A stretch of 61,864 nucleotides of DNA, filler included, from Circinaria calcarea (taxonomy: Eukaryota), in NCBI GenBank assembly GCA_051942165.1. It is 8 parts of 8 records of this genome, joined end to end, with 100 filler letters (N's around TTAATTAATTAA, not from the genome) between each part and the next. Parts side by side here need not be neighbours in the genome. Positions count along the whole stretch, not along the records: positions 7,767 to 15,424 come from JAVECS010001274.1; positions 15,525 to 23,174 come from JAVECS010001275.1; positions 23,275 to 30,922 come from JAVECS010001276.1; 5 more parts are not named here. One strand, written 5' to 3'. Below, piece by piece: positions 11,735-24,109 of this stretch. Position 1 is the first letter of the stretch. Each line of letters begins with the position of its first letter. Made by a program: the position numbers and the translations under genes. The notes under the pieces are model-generated. The model was not told where the DNA came from, did not search any database, and saw only the letters and a list, made by a program, of their open reading frames with translations.

Positions 11735-13609
11735 ATGTCACTCATAAACTTCATGGCCCGTTTGAACGGCTAGGACATCCGGTCCCATGTATTATCTTTC
11801 CTTCTTGTGTGCTTGGTACTGACCAGCGTCGTATTTTCACTCCGTCTACTCTACCGTCTCGCCCTGCCTAGGCCCATCCCAGGGATTCCTTACAATGAAG
11901 CATCCGCTCGCAAACTATTGGGTGATGTCTCTGGCATGACGTCGCATATCAAAAATGCCGACGGCACCTTCATCACCTACATCATGAAGTCGATGAAGAC
12001 GCTCAACGCGCCTCTGATCCAAGTCTTCATCCGGCCTCTGAGCTCGCCGCTCCTCATCCTCGCCGACTTCCGCGAAGCGAAGGACATACTCATTCACGGA
12101 AAGGACTTTGACCGGTCGCCGTCATTGGGCGACCTAGTCAAGGGGCTCACCCCCGATCACCACATCCACCTGCAGACCAATGCGGCATGGAAAACGCAAC
12201 GCCGACTTGTGCAGGATCTCATGACGCCCTCATTCCTGCACAATGTCGCTGCCCCAGTGATCCACCAGCATGCGATGCTGATGATCGAGCTGTGGCGCGC
12301 CAAGAGCAGGATTGCGGATGGCAGATCCTGGGCCGGGAACGATGACATTAACCATATCGCCCTAGATGCCGTGATGGCGTTTACATTCGGCGAGGATTTC
12401 AGACACAGCATGACGAGGCCCAACCTCGACGCAGTCAGGCGACTAGATTGCAGGGCTATTGATAAGCTAAGGAGAGGGGACCGGGACGAGGCGGTTGAGT
12501 TTCCTGAAGGCGAGATAGATGAGCTGATCCAGGCTACTTTGGATCTGACGGAAACGGTCGGGGAGGTGCAAGGCAATCCACTGCCTGCGTTGACATGGGC
12601 ATATGTAAATCGCAAACCAAAAATCAAGAGAGCGACCAAGATCAAGGAGGATTACATCATGAAAGAGTTGAGGGGTGCTGTCAAGAGGCTGAATGGAGGC
12701 GAGAAGGAGGCGAGAAAGAGGTAGTCAAGTCGGCCGTTGATCATCTAGTCCTGAGAGAGAAGGAACTCGCAGAGAGAGATAATCGAACGCCCGCGTATTT
12801 TTCGCGTGTCATGAATGATGAAGTATGTTGTTCTTGGGCAGCGGCCCCTTTCCATCGGATTTCAAGGATCTTGTGGCTGACTAAGACATTCTTCCTTACA
12901 GATCTTTGGGTTTATCTTTGCCGGTCATGAAACAATCAGCATGACCATCTGCTGGGTCCTTAAGTTCCTTGCGGACTAGCCGAGTGCATAAAGTACACTG
13001 CGAGCGGCTTTACAAGATACATTCGTGGCTGCAAAATCAGAAGGACGCAACCTAAGCATTCAAGAGATCATCGGCAAGCACATCCCCTATCTCGATGCCG
13101 CAATTGAGGAAGTGCTGCGTTGTGCTGGCACTGCACCCGTCGTTGATCGCCAGGCCTTAGTTGATACTGAAATCCTTGGCCACCGAGTCCCTAAAGGTAC
13201 TATCGTCACTTGCTTGGTGACAGGGCCGAGTATGATGACTCCAGGCTTTGCAATCGACGAGGGATTACGAAGCCCAACCAGTCAGGCAGCCAAAAAGAAT
13301 GGACGGGACCGAGCCTGGGATCCGGAAGACATGACGCTCTTCAAGCCCGAATGCTGGATTGTGGGCGGCGAGTTCGATGCAACGGCAGGACCCCAATTGG
13401 CCTTCGGCTTGGGTACACGAGGATGTTATGGAAAGAGACTTGTATATGTGGAGATGAGGATATTGCTGACACAGATTGTGTGGAATTTTGAGCTTCTGCC
13501 ATGTCCAACGGCCTTGTTAAATCATAAATCGATTCTGATCACGACGAATGAGCCACGACAATGTTATGTGCGCTTGCGCGAAATTAGACTGAAGGAGGCA
13601 GGGGATTGA
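11735..13609 (+). pseudogene. Cytochrome P450 pseudogene, TRI13-like
   Basis: ALPRPIPGIPYN, AGHET, EEVLR and heme motif FGLGTRGCYG; intron 12823-12901. In-frame stops at 11771-11773, 12977-12979 and 12989-12991. An 11-bp tandem duplication (GGAGGCGAGAA, 12695-12716) shifts the frame. Confidence 0.9.
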
Positions 13610-14002
13610 GGACAAATAGCTGCGCAATGGAGATACTGTAGACTGAGAGGAGAACTGCGGAAGAAAAACATGAATATATCTCTTAAAATGATATTTGCTA
13701 AGCATCTATGCAATCTATACAGCCCAATTATCTAATCGCGAACATCACTACTTCATCCGAATTCTAAAATATGGCGTCAAGAAGGGACAATTAGAAGTAG
13801 AGAAGATGATCAGTGTGATTGAGAATGGAACGAAATACTTCATTTACAAGCTTTCAGTCCGAACGACTAGAACTATTGTAAGCTTGAAATAAGCCGAAGA
13901 AATCAGAAAAAACGGCATCAGTGAAATGGAAATTGAGAACAAATCCCATCCTTCACTCCTCACATTCTATCCCACGAACAGTATGACCTGGCCGAACCAG
14001 TG

Positions 14003-14995
14003 TTATCGAGCAGCAAACTCCTTCGTTTGCGCCTCACAATAGTCGAAGAACTCGACAGCGAGCCCAGTTCCGCCTTCTTTCTTCGACTTTAAGCTTGCCA
14101 AATGCTCCTTCTTCGGCGTCGTATTCCACCGTCCCCAGGGGATGATAAACTTCTGTCCATCACCACTCTTTATATCAGGACTCAGTCCTGCCCACAGCTC
14201 AGTGTATGCACCCATCTTTGGTGGTTGAAAGATCGGTGCCATCATTGCCCTCATTAGCCACGGAGTTCCATTCCAGCCCGGGGTTCTTAAAGTTCCTGGA
14301 TTCTGCACGACAGCAGCAATCCCATCCTTCGCATATCTCCGGTCAAATTCAGACGCCAAGAACCAGTTGCCGGCCTTCGAGCCACTATAGTTGCGGTTCA
14401 TGTCGCCAGAGTGCTTACCGGGCTCAAGCTCGGCGAATGAGACGCCACCTGGAGGACCGGCCAGATCAATAATTCCAGAAGATGTGAATACAACGCGGAC
14501 ACTATTCTTGGGCGCGGACTCTGCGGTCTTGGTGAGGATTGGAAGCAGAAGCTTTGTCAGAAGGTAAGGTCCCAGGCAATTGGTGCCCATATGTATCTCG
14601 TGGCCTTGGGTTGTAACGCGACCTGGAGGTTGGCGACTAACACCGGCATTGTTAAAGAGAACGTCGAGACGGGATTCCTTGGCGAGAAAGTCAGAAACGC
14701 AGGGTGCAATGGTAAATAGATTGCCCAAATCGATGATCAGGCTATTGAGCTGTCCTGCAGTAGAGCTTGCCGTTTTGGCTGCTTCTGCCTTAATTTCTTC
14801 GATTGCCGTTGCGATTTTTGTAGCAGAACGGCCAGCCACGTAAACGTTACCGCCTTTGGAATAGAGGATCTTTGCGAGCTCGAAGCCAACACCTGAATTT
14901 CCACCGGTGACGATGAAGACCTTGCCGGCGAGAGAAGGAGTTTGCACCTCAGTGAAATGAGGGCTTGGAGGGAAAAGTTGCGTCCAAGCTCCCAT
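14003..14995 (-). CDS. Short-chain dehydrogenase/reductase (retinol-dehydrogenase-like), intact
   Basis: MGAWTQLFPPSP start, TGGNSGVG, NNAG and catalytic YSGSK in an uninterrupted frame. Confidence 0.92.
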   Translation of the reverse strand: MGAWTQLFPPSPHFTEVQTPSLAGKVFIVTGGNSGVGFELAKILYSKGGNVYVAGRSATKIATAIEEIKAEAAKTASSTAGQLNSLIIDLGNLFTIAPCVSDFLAKESRLDVLFNNAGVSRQPPGRVTTQGHEIHMGTNCLGPYLLTKLLLPILTKTAESAPKNSVRVVFTSSGIIDLAGPPGGVSFAELEPGKHSGDMNRNYSGSKAGNWFLASEFDRRYAKDGIAAVVQNPGTLRTPGWNGTPWLMRAMMAPIFQPPKMGAYTELWAGLSPDIKSGDGQKFIIPWGRWNTTPKKEHLASLKSKKEGGTGLAVEFFDYCEAQTKEFAAR

Positions 14996-15206
14996 GATGA
15001 TGGTGAGTATGCAATGTATCGTTTGCTTGGAGAGTAACAGGAGCAGGCTCTTAAAAACTAGGCAACTATAGGAAGTTTGAAGTTCTGGGAAACGCGGTAA
15101 ACAGCGTGGAGGGGAACAGAAAATCACGTGAGATTTTCTTACCTGGAAAATAAACGGGTTATTATACGGGGTAATAATAATTTGGAAATCAGCGTGTATA
15201 TATATT

Positions 15207-15424
15207 TGTTATGGCGTGCCCGCCATGACATGCACTAGACCCGGTCGGGAAGGACCGCGGGCCGGAAGAACCTCCACCACCGAGGTGCTCAGTGTGCTCA
15301 TGGTGCTCAGGGAGATGAGCAGAGTGAGCAGGGTGAGCAGGGTGCTCGGTGTGCTCATGGTGCTCAGGAAGGTGAGCATGGTGAGCAAGGTGTTATATAT
15401 AGCAGGCTATTCCCGCTCTTTAGA
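15207..15424 (+). mobile_element. 5' part of LTR-like repeat family A, running into the contig end
   Basis: Starts TGTTATGGCG, contains the TGCTCA/TGAGCA tract and a TATATA, and ends in GGCTATTCCCGCTCTTTAGA shared with the other two copies. Confidence 0.75.
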
Positions 15425-18142
15425 NNNNNNNNNNNNNNNNNNNNNNNNNNNNNNNNNNNNNNNNNNNNTTAATTAATTAANNNNNNNNNNNNNNNNNNNN
15501 NNNNNNNNNNNNNNNNNNNNNNNNGATGTGTTATAATCTGTCATGAATGATCGGTCTATCTTGGCTGTGGATCTGATGAATTTCCATCTACTACGCTCTT
15601 TGGTTAGGAATCTCGAGATGACGGGTTGGAGACATTAAGGAATATGAGAACCTATTAGCTAGCCATATTACTCTTGCTTCGTGACAGGTTTTTGGTCTCT
15701 CCACATCGCCATCGCGCCCCGGATATCTCAATGCCCTTTTGGTTACAAAACGAAGAGGCGGTATCCCCAACCCAACGTCCCTCACCTTTGCTTACCCTCC
15801 TGGCAGCAATGTCGGTCAAAAACCGAAAGCCCGAAATTCCCCCCCACGTTTCGATACCCACACCCGGACAACTTGCCCGGGTCCTCTGTAGCAAGTGACC
15901 TACCTAGCCATGATCCATTCATCTCCCCTTTTCCAAAAAAAAACCAAACACAGAATTAGAAATGTAAGAACCGTGGCTGGCTTTGCTGGCTTTGCTTGGG
16001 CTTGGGGCTACGAGCCGTGAAAGTAAAAACGGGGCTTGTCATCATCCTATCCCATTCCGGTTACCTCGGTTAAAAACAGCCCTGCCTGCCATATATGAAC
16101 ATTCAAAAGCTTCATCAGTATGGTATGGTGTTTCGGAAATTAAAAAGTAAAAGTAGAAAAGTTTTCGTACTATGTAAGTAAAATAGGTTTCCTTCTTTGC
16201 TTTCTGATGATATGATAGATGAATAAATGTATGAATGAATGGAGGGAAAAGGGGGTCTGGGTTTTGGTAATTTAATATGCAGTGAGTATACACTCCGGCT
16301 GGTTTGGTTTTCGTTTGGGAGATTGGGAGATTGGGAGATTGTTGACGTGGCGGTTGCGGTTGCTGTTACGGCGGGTTCGAACACCACCTTTACTTACCAT
16401 GGGGGCGGAGAATGCTGTCGGGTAAGGATTGGGGATTGGGGATTGCGCTAAGATAAGATTGGTGATTTGCGCTTCTGAAACTCCTTGGTATTCTCAATAC
16501 CATGCCGCATTTATTTTTTAGAGGTGAGGCCTTTGGGGAGAAGGGAGTGTTTGCGACGGGTCTTGGAAGGTGAGAGCTGAGGTGCTGTAAGAGCTGAGAC
16601 GCTGTAAGAGCTGAGGGAGGGACGGGGGCGGACGGAGCGTCTTTTCGGTTCGTACACCGTTTTCCATTCACAGTTTGTCTGAATCGATGGCAGTTTCGGG
16701 AAGTGAAGGATGGTGCTGCGGTTTGGGGATGTAGGTCTTCGTTTGTGATTGTGGTGCTGGAATGGGAGTGGAGTCGTGGGTTGCCTGGTTGATTGGTTGG
16801 TCGGGAAGATGGGAGTATGCGGGTGTAGGGGATGAGTCGTCTCTTTGTTTGTGGGCGACTCTTGAAGTTTTCGCGTTCGAGTTGCTCTGGTTGATGATTT
16901 TTGGCCTTGCTTGTGGAGGTTTGGGATTTGGTTTTTGAGATTTAGTGGATGGCTGAACGGGCATGGTAGGTTGCTGTCTCTCCTTTCTTTCGCTCCTGCT
17001 TCGTCATAATGCTCGAGTCTTGTAGCCCAATCGAGTTGACCCGTTTCTCGGATGGAGCTTGTTGTGGGGGTGCTGGCTGGGTAAGCCAAGGAGGGTGTGG
17101 GAGTAGGGGGCATGTAGGTTGTCGCTCGTCTCCTTGAATGATGGCGTTGTTATTCGCAGTGATGCTCTTAATCTGCTGCATGGTATCGGACTTGTTCCTC
17201 AGATGGAGCTTGTTGTGGTTTCGTTCATCGTCTTAATTGGAAAGCTGAGCTCTCCATGGGAATGTGAAAGAGGACCTCTCTCCCTATGCAACTGGGACCC
17301 ATCCCTCGTCATTCCCAACCTTTCTGCTCAATCACATTGTACTTGTTGTTACCCTTGAGGTCGCTGGGGAAGGTTGCTATGGTCCCGTAGGTAGACCCAG
17401 CTCGATAGTTACTGTAAGTTTTGTGGTATTCGCTATGTCTTGATCTAGAGATCGAAGGTGTACGTCAATACTCATCTTTCCATATTCACCGGAGCCTCTA
17501 CCCGCTCAATCAAGTGGAATCTCTGATAGCCGTCAGCATGACTATGAATATCAGATTCACGAGACTCTCGATGGTGGAGAGCAATTTGGGGAATAGCCTA
17601 GGGAAGCGAAATGAGTCAATCTGCCAAAAGCATATATTCTCCGTAAGTTGCAGTTATATCTTCTTTCTCTACCATATATATGAGTTTGCGGTATTGAGAA
17701 CATACATGCTCCTTTCGCCATGTCTTTTCTTTTTAGACTCTGATCATCTAGCTCTGTACCTTGTGGACCTATGAAATAAGCGAAGTCTTAGAGAGCGCTG
17801 TCAAACACTGTGTTGTCCAAGTGTTAGATGGAGAGGCTGCGATGCCATTGGCCCAGCCTTCTAGTGTTACATACAGTGAATGAAAAAGTGTTAGAAATGG
17901 TGATCATCTTGAGGGTATAAATTCGGAGCCAATCCTCCTGGATTTCTTCCTCTCTACATCTTGTTCCAAGAATTCAATCACTACTTCTATGAACTGTCTA
18001 CCAGAGAGTTAGATATCCTGCTCATACATTCTGCAACATACCTTCTTTCAAGACACCTAGTCGTAGCGTACTTGAGCTTCGAACAATTGATTCTTTCATT
18101 GCGCATCCTTCAAGCATACTTTTTCGAAAGCATACTAGCAGG

Positions 18143-21100
18143 ATGACACTTTCGTGGATCCCCGTGTTCTACCGTACCCTCCAGTCAAAGGTATGTATCT
18201 TCTAAACTCCTCTCATCAAATCTTCAAGCTGATTACAAATGCTCGCAGGCTTATAGAACCATCACGTATGTGGCTGCTGGGTCTTGGTGCGAGGTCACGG
18301 CAGGGCCAGAGGTAAGCTTAACAAGATCTCCTATGAATGCAATGTACCATGCTAATACGTAATAGATGTTCGAAGAACGCTTCATCATGGAGGCTGCTCT
18401 TGTCAACATGGACAACATACCCTTTATCGATGCAGTCTTCGTGGTACCATCTGAAGCTCCCGCCTACAACACTTCCGACTATCGGGCCTACCTTGACCCA
18501 TCAACACAAGCCTATCACGTGAGACATTCTACGTCTGTCCCTTGTCCTACTCCATCACTTAATCTCGTCACTGCAACCGGGCCTACTCGTACACTTGCTA
18601 GTGTGCCCTCCCCTCTACCTCTTCGTCCTGCTCGTACACGTGCTCGTGTTCTTCCTCCTCTTATTCTTCGTCCTCTCACCGGGGATGTCATACCTGTCGT
18701 CCAAGGTAAATCCATTGAAGAGACCATGCCTTCCATCCAAGGTGGAACGATTCAGGGTGTCGTATCTTCCATACAAGACATGATAGCTCAAGACACAACT
18801 ACTCCAAATACAGTCGAGTCGGCAGTATCAACGGCAGCTTCATACTCACTAGCATCCGTTACTCTACTACAGGCTATTCCGTCATCATCGTCACCACTAA
18901 GCCCGATGGATGTTGAGTTGACACCTCTTATCCCCACCTCAGTGTCCAGTTCCAAGTGGGCCGATCTTGTGGAAGAGGACTTGGAGCAAGAACACAGTAC
19001 TGTATCGTCTTCATCAGGCAGTGCACAAGACAACGACAACTCAGCGCCAGTTACCCCGTTCACACCACCAACACCTGACTTTCCAACGTCACTTGAGGAT
19101 GGTCAGCCTCTCCAAAAGATCCACGTCAACGTCAAGGATCTATCACCGCTTTGCATCTCCTTAGACCTACCTTTGGTCAAGTACATGAGGCCTCAACCGG
19201 TCCCTGATATTGATGCACTGTCAGACGCATTTCTGCGTGAGCGCTTCCTCAAGACACTCGACTTGGCGGTAAGAGAGTGCAATAACGCTACGTGGGCCGA
19301 GTATGTACTTGGCATCTATCTCAATGGCGGTTATGATTGGGAAAACCTCTCCTCCTCCTCTTCCTCGTCCTCGTCCTCGTCCCCCTCATCCTCCCCTTCC
19401 TTATTGAGCCTTCCTAGGCTTCGGCAGTACATTCCGGTAGTCGACTCTGAAGTATATGAGCGTCAATACGAGAACGAGCTCGTGAGAGCTAATGAGGTCG
19501 AGTGGAGAGTACAGGACTATACCACTGTCGAAGACCTGGCAAGGGTAAACACTGATTGGCAATTTATGTACAAAGCCTCGGAGGAGTTGAAGGCACAGGG
19601 TGATTATCGACGACCGGTACTTGAAGGGACTGATAGGTCTGTGGACTGGTTCTGGAACACAGCCAACCATAATGGCTCTCGATCATATGATCCTCGAGAG
19701 TTTTCTTGTCTAGAAGTTGGATATGCTCCGCAAAAGGTTAAGGTAGCGGAGATGCACCATCTCAACTTTTCAAATCAGCCTGCGAGCCACAAAAATGCCA
19801 CAGAGCCCGAAGTATCGCTCTGGGCAGCATGGAGCAGCGGCTTGGTCAAGTGGCATCATGATGTAGACCTCACCAGACGGAGAGTCCTTGCATCTCAAGC
19901 AGCAAAGCTGCTCGATCCATTCTACTGCAATGACCAAATGGATCCAGCTATCCTTGAACTCCAAGGTGACGCTCTGCGAGAAGCTACTGCCGGATACGTT
20001 CGCAAGGTATACTCAGAAGGGACGTGGGTTAACGACCGCTACAACTCCAGGGCAGACACGCCGCTCTCTTCTTACGAGTATGAATGTTGCACGATTGACT
20101 CCCAAATCAACCGTCTTGTGCAGCCATACATTGTTTACGCCGGTGTCGATGAAGACTCTACCGTGAATGATGATGGTCGACCTATACCTTTTATGCCTTC
20201 GAAGGTACACAAGCCTGAAGGCTGCTCAAAGTACCGCACTATCGAGAGCGTCGACGGCAAAGTCACCATCATCGAATCTGGCAAAGTTAGAGCACCCACT
20301 GGTCCAGTTGTTGATGGAGCAGTGGCACAGCCCCAGCGTTCTCGCATGTTTGTCTTCGGTGCTAGCATGGTGTCCTTCCAGCCAGATCCTCCTATTCGAA
20401 GTACTGAACTGCCGTTACACATGCAGGAAAATCTTGAGTCATTTGGTGCAGATCGAGAAACCCATACTGATAAAGTTGATGGGTCGACACAAGAGGGTCG
20501 ATTAGGAGATGTCGATGGTGCGCTGGATGAGGTCTCAAGTTCTCAAGATAACCCGCGGCAAAGCCATGAAGAAGAGCAGGAGAATTCGCAATTAACGGAA
20601 GCTTCAATGCTAAGCGAGGTGCCTACAACCTCCGAGGATGGATTTGGTGGTACACCTGAGTCCAACACAGAGGTGGGCAACTCATCGGGACAGTACGGGA
20701 TGTGTACACCAGGCATCAAGAAGGCCCTTGAAAAGTACGTCAACTACGATGACTCAGGAGAAGAGACTTCGCAGTATTCGGAAGATTCACCCTCCAAGGC
20801 TTATGGTTCTGATCGGTACGCCCCATCGCCGGTGGATTCGTCATACCCGTATGGATCGGTGTCGGTGTCATCAGAGGATCTACTACATGACGAAGATCCT
20901 TCTTCTGAAGACAGTGAATACGAGTTCGATGATGAACACTCTACCGTTGCTGAACGGTTAGCTCTATTGGCTGACCGTCCTGAGGTAGTTAAGAAAGTGG
21001 ATTTTCCATATGATCATGGTTTCCCTCAGGCACAGGACGAGGCATTTGCCGTTCCCGAAAAGTTTGGATACAATGGTGACATCAGATATCCGAAGACTGG

Positions 21101-22280
21101 AGAATTCGAAAGAGCAGGTTACAGCAACGACCATGGTGAGTCCATGTCTAGTGGCGAGGAGTGTTCCGAAGGCGGAATAAGCAACGGATCCCACGAGGGA
21201 GACTCTATGGCTACCAGTCAAGAGTTCGAAAACGACGGCCAGGACTCGACATTCGAAGATTATGATCATAATACCGATGCTGGTAACGATGCAGTTGGAA
21301 ATGATGATTCTAGCAGCCATGACGGCACTTCCTCGATTGTTGAGACCTCTCCTGAACATGACGCCGGAGAATATGCTGTGGTCCTTTACAGACCCAATTT
21401 ACACTGTTATAACTCGACTATGAATGTCGTCCCACGTGATGAGATCACCGAGGACATCGCCGCCGATAGCAACCTCCAAGCTCTTACCCATAATCTAGCA
21501 TACGGTGCGGGTGATGATGATTTCTTCGATCAAGACTCCGTGATCGACGACGATGAGGATGACAATAATGTTTCCGCATCGAACAGTACTACTGTCGCTA
21601 GGGAGACTGTTTTCTCCTCAGCTGAGCAGAGCATTATTACTGAGTTCTTAGGATCACAGATACCTGGACTGAATCAGATCGATAAGATTATTGGGGGCGG
21701 TCTACTGGAAGCGCCGACTACTGATAAACAAGATTCCCAGCTAGAGGAGGGTATAGCAAAGGCTGATCATACTATTGTCGGAATCAATGACATCCACGAG
21801 CCTACTCTTCCGAGGATCCCTCGGTACAAACTTTCAAGGCATTCTGGAAACCAAATAGCAACGGTAAAGGGTCTCAATGATGATGAGAACGACGTGGCTC
21901 TCCGGGAATCACCGCCATCGCTTAAAGCAAACTACGTGCAGGATGTCGCCCTCTCCGTTTCAGTATCTGATGGAGCATATAGTAGCATTGCCAGCGAGCA
22001 ACTACAGAGGAAGGAGGAACTGGGCATAAGTCTCGACACAAGCCACGGGGAACCCGTTAATACCTCCGTCCCATTGATCGAGGATGGCCCTGAAGGCGCT
22101 GCTCATGAGCAGCCAGAGACAGAGGATCTATCAGGAGAAGAACTACTCAACCTCCAGCTCCGTGAATTCGAGGACGTGTCAGAGATACCTAACACTCGAC
22201 TGAGCTGGCCTGAATTTATCTATGGCACCTTCGCCATCTCCCTTGGGCAGAAGGCCAGGGAGATGCTCAGGTTCTCTTGA
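18143..22280 (+). CDS. Hypothetical ~1341-aa protein with a Ser-rich N-terminal region and long acidic low-complexity C-terminal half
   Basis: 1304-codon open exon 18366-22280 plus in-frame upstream exons 18143-18190 and 18249-18311 (introns GTATGT..CAG and GTAAGC..CTAAT..TAG). Confidence 0.8.
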
Positions 22281-24109
22281 TCTCCTATTTTGACATTTTG
22301 CTTTCATCTCTGGTCCGTTTAAGGTTCATACATGTTAATGTTAGGCGATATGCATATTATTGGGAGCTCAAGGTATGCTGCCACTAAAATACATTCTATA
22401 TTAGATGATCCCAATGCTAACCGATACCTTTAGGTGTTTTCTCTGAGCACTGGGAGTATTTCTACGCACCAACATATCATATTTCAGCAGCACTATCACT
22501 CACCAATATTATCACGCAGCAATATACCACGTCCCAAACGTAGGGCTATGACAACCTTACTCTCACACTTCCTCACCATATCCTCACCCAATCCATCCAA
22601 CAACTCTTACATCTTCCACCCTCACCCCACAAACAAACACCAAACCCAAAGCACCCTACCTATTCCCCTCTGCTCTCACCACACAACTCAACTACTTGTT
22701 CCCCGTTCCACAAACCGCGGTTTATGTCCGAACTGAGCTTTCGCCGGCTCTCCTCGTGATGTACTGGGCTTGTGGGCGGACTGAGCTTGGTTGAGTGATG
22801 AATTTTAGCTGAAGGGGTTTAGGATGATGATATCATGGGGATAGGGACGGCGTTTGGAGGATGGACTGAATATTCAAGGGTTCTCTGGTTGGATACTACA
22901 AAAGATGGATGGTTTGCCACAGAAGCTTTCTGAAGACTGGACGGATCGGCTGGGGCTTGTGTTGGGCTGATCTTGGAGCGCTTGGGGTTTGGAGTCTGAT
23001 GTTATCTGCGTTTGGGAAGCTCGTAGGGAAAATCCGAGCGATAGTAGCATACCAAAGGCTCAAATTTAAAGATACAAATCTAACAAGTGATCATATACCC
23101 TATGCAACAGCCGGGCGTGAGCACTTGACTTGCAATATCTAACCACCGGATTTCCGGCCGTCGAACAATAACAGNNNNNNNNNNNNNNNNNNNNNNNNNN
23201 NNNNNNNNNNNNNNNNNNTTAATTAATTAANNNNNNNNNNNNNNNNNNNNNNNNNNNNNNNNNNNNNNNNNNNNCCACCCCTCCTCCTACCGATATTTAT
23301 CCTCATTAGACCTCTGCAAAAACTGACTCTCTTCCAGCATCTGAGGGAGAAGAAGGGTGAACGGCTTGATAGGGCAGTAAGCATCCATAATTTCAACCAA
23401 CAACCAAGGTCCGTCAGAAAAAGGCCGGCGGTCGAGACTGGTTCCGTCAGACTAATGAATGGACGTCGTAGGAAAAAGGGGGAGGGGGGGTTTAACTTGA
23501 TGGGCGTGAGCATTCAGGGGTGGCCAGTGGACAAGTCCCTCGAGGCCAGGAAGACAGAGCGATTAGAAGGTAAGGTGCATTTGGAAACACGCAACGTCGT
23601 GATTTACGGCAAAGGACAGATACCCTCCCCGACACGGTAAAAGATGCACGCCTTGCTGCGGAGGGGAAGCGGAGAGAGAAAGAGGGCAACTTGGGAGGTG
23701 AGCCAATACCTCCGTAGACGAGATTCCTGTATGCGGTTTGTTGGTGGGTTAAGTACCGATCACGAGTTTACCAATTATGATAACATCTAGGAAATCCCTA
23801 CTTGGAAACTGCTTAAGAATATCTGTAGCTGTAGCAATACCCAGAGATGTACAGACAGCACACCACCACCAATACCGTCCATTTCTTTTGCCGTGCCGTC
23901 TTAGAGCAGTGCTCGGAAGAAGTAAAAAGAGGAACAGCACGTTAGCAAGAAGCAAGGAGTCTTCATTAACTTAATGCAGCATGACAGGTATGAATACCAG
24001 GTTGAGACACGAATCGAGGAAAGGGGCGGAGTAAGGATTTCATGGGAACGGTTTATGCTCTGCCAGTAAGGCACTCCGAGTGCTAGATCTGATAGGAAAT
24101 TTAGATCTT

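Noticed and set aside
16370..16392. GGTTCGA B-box-like motifs here and near 33963 and 36733 as further tRNAs
   Set aside because: No convincing T stem or acceptor stem could be built around them.
15525..17800. Many short overlapping ORFs at the start of contig 3
   Set aside because: Low-complexity, strand-biased sequence with no motifs or coherent exon structure.
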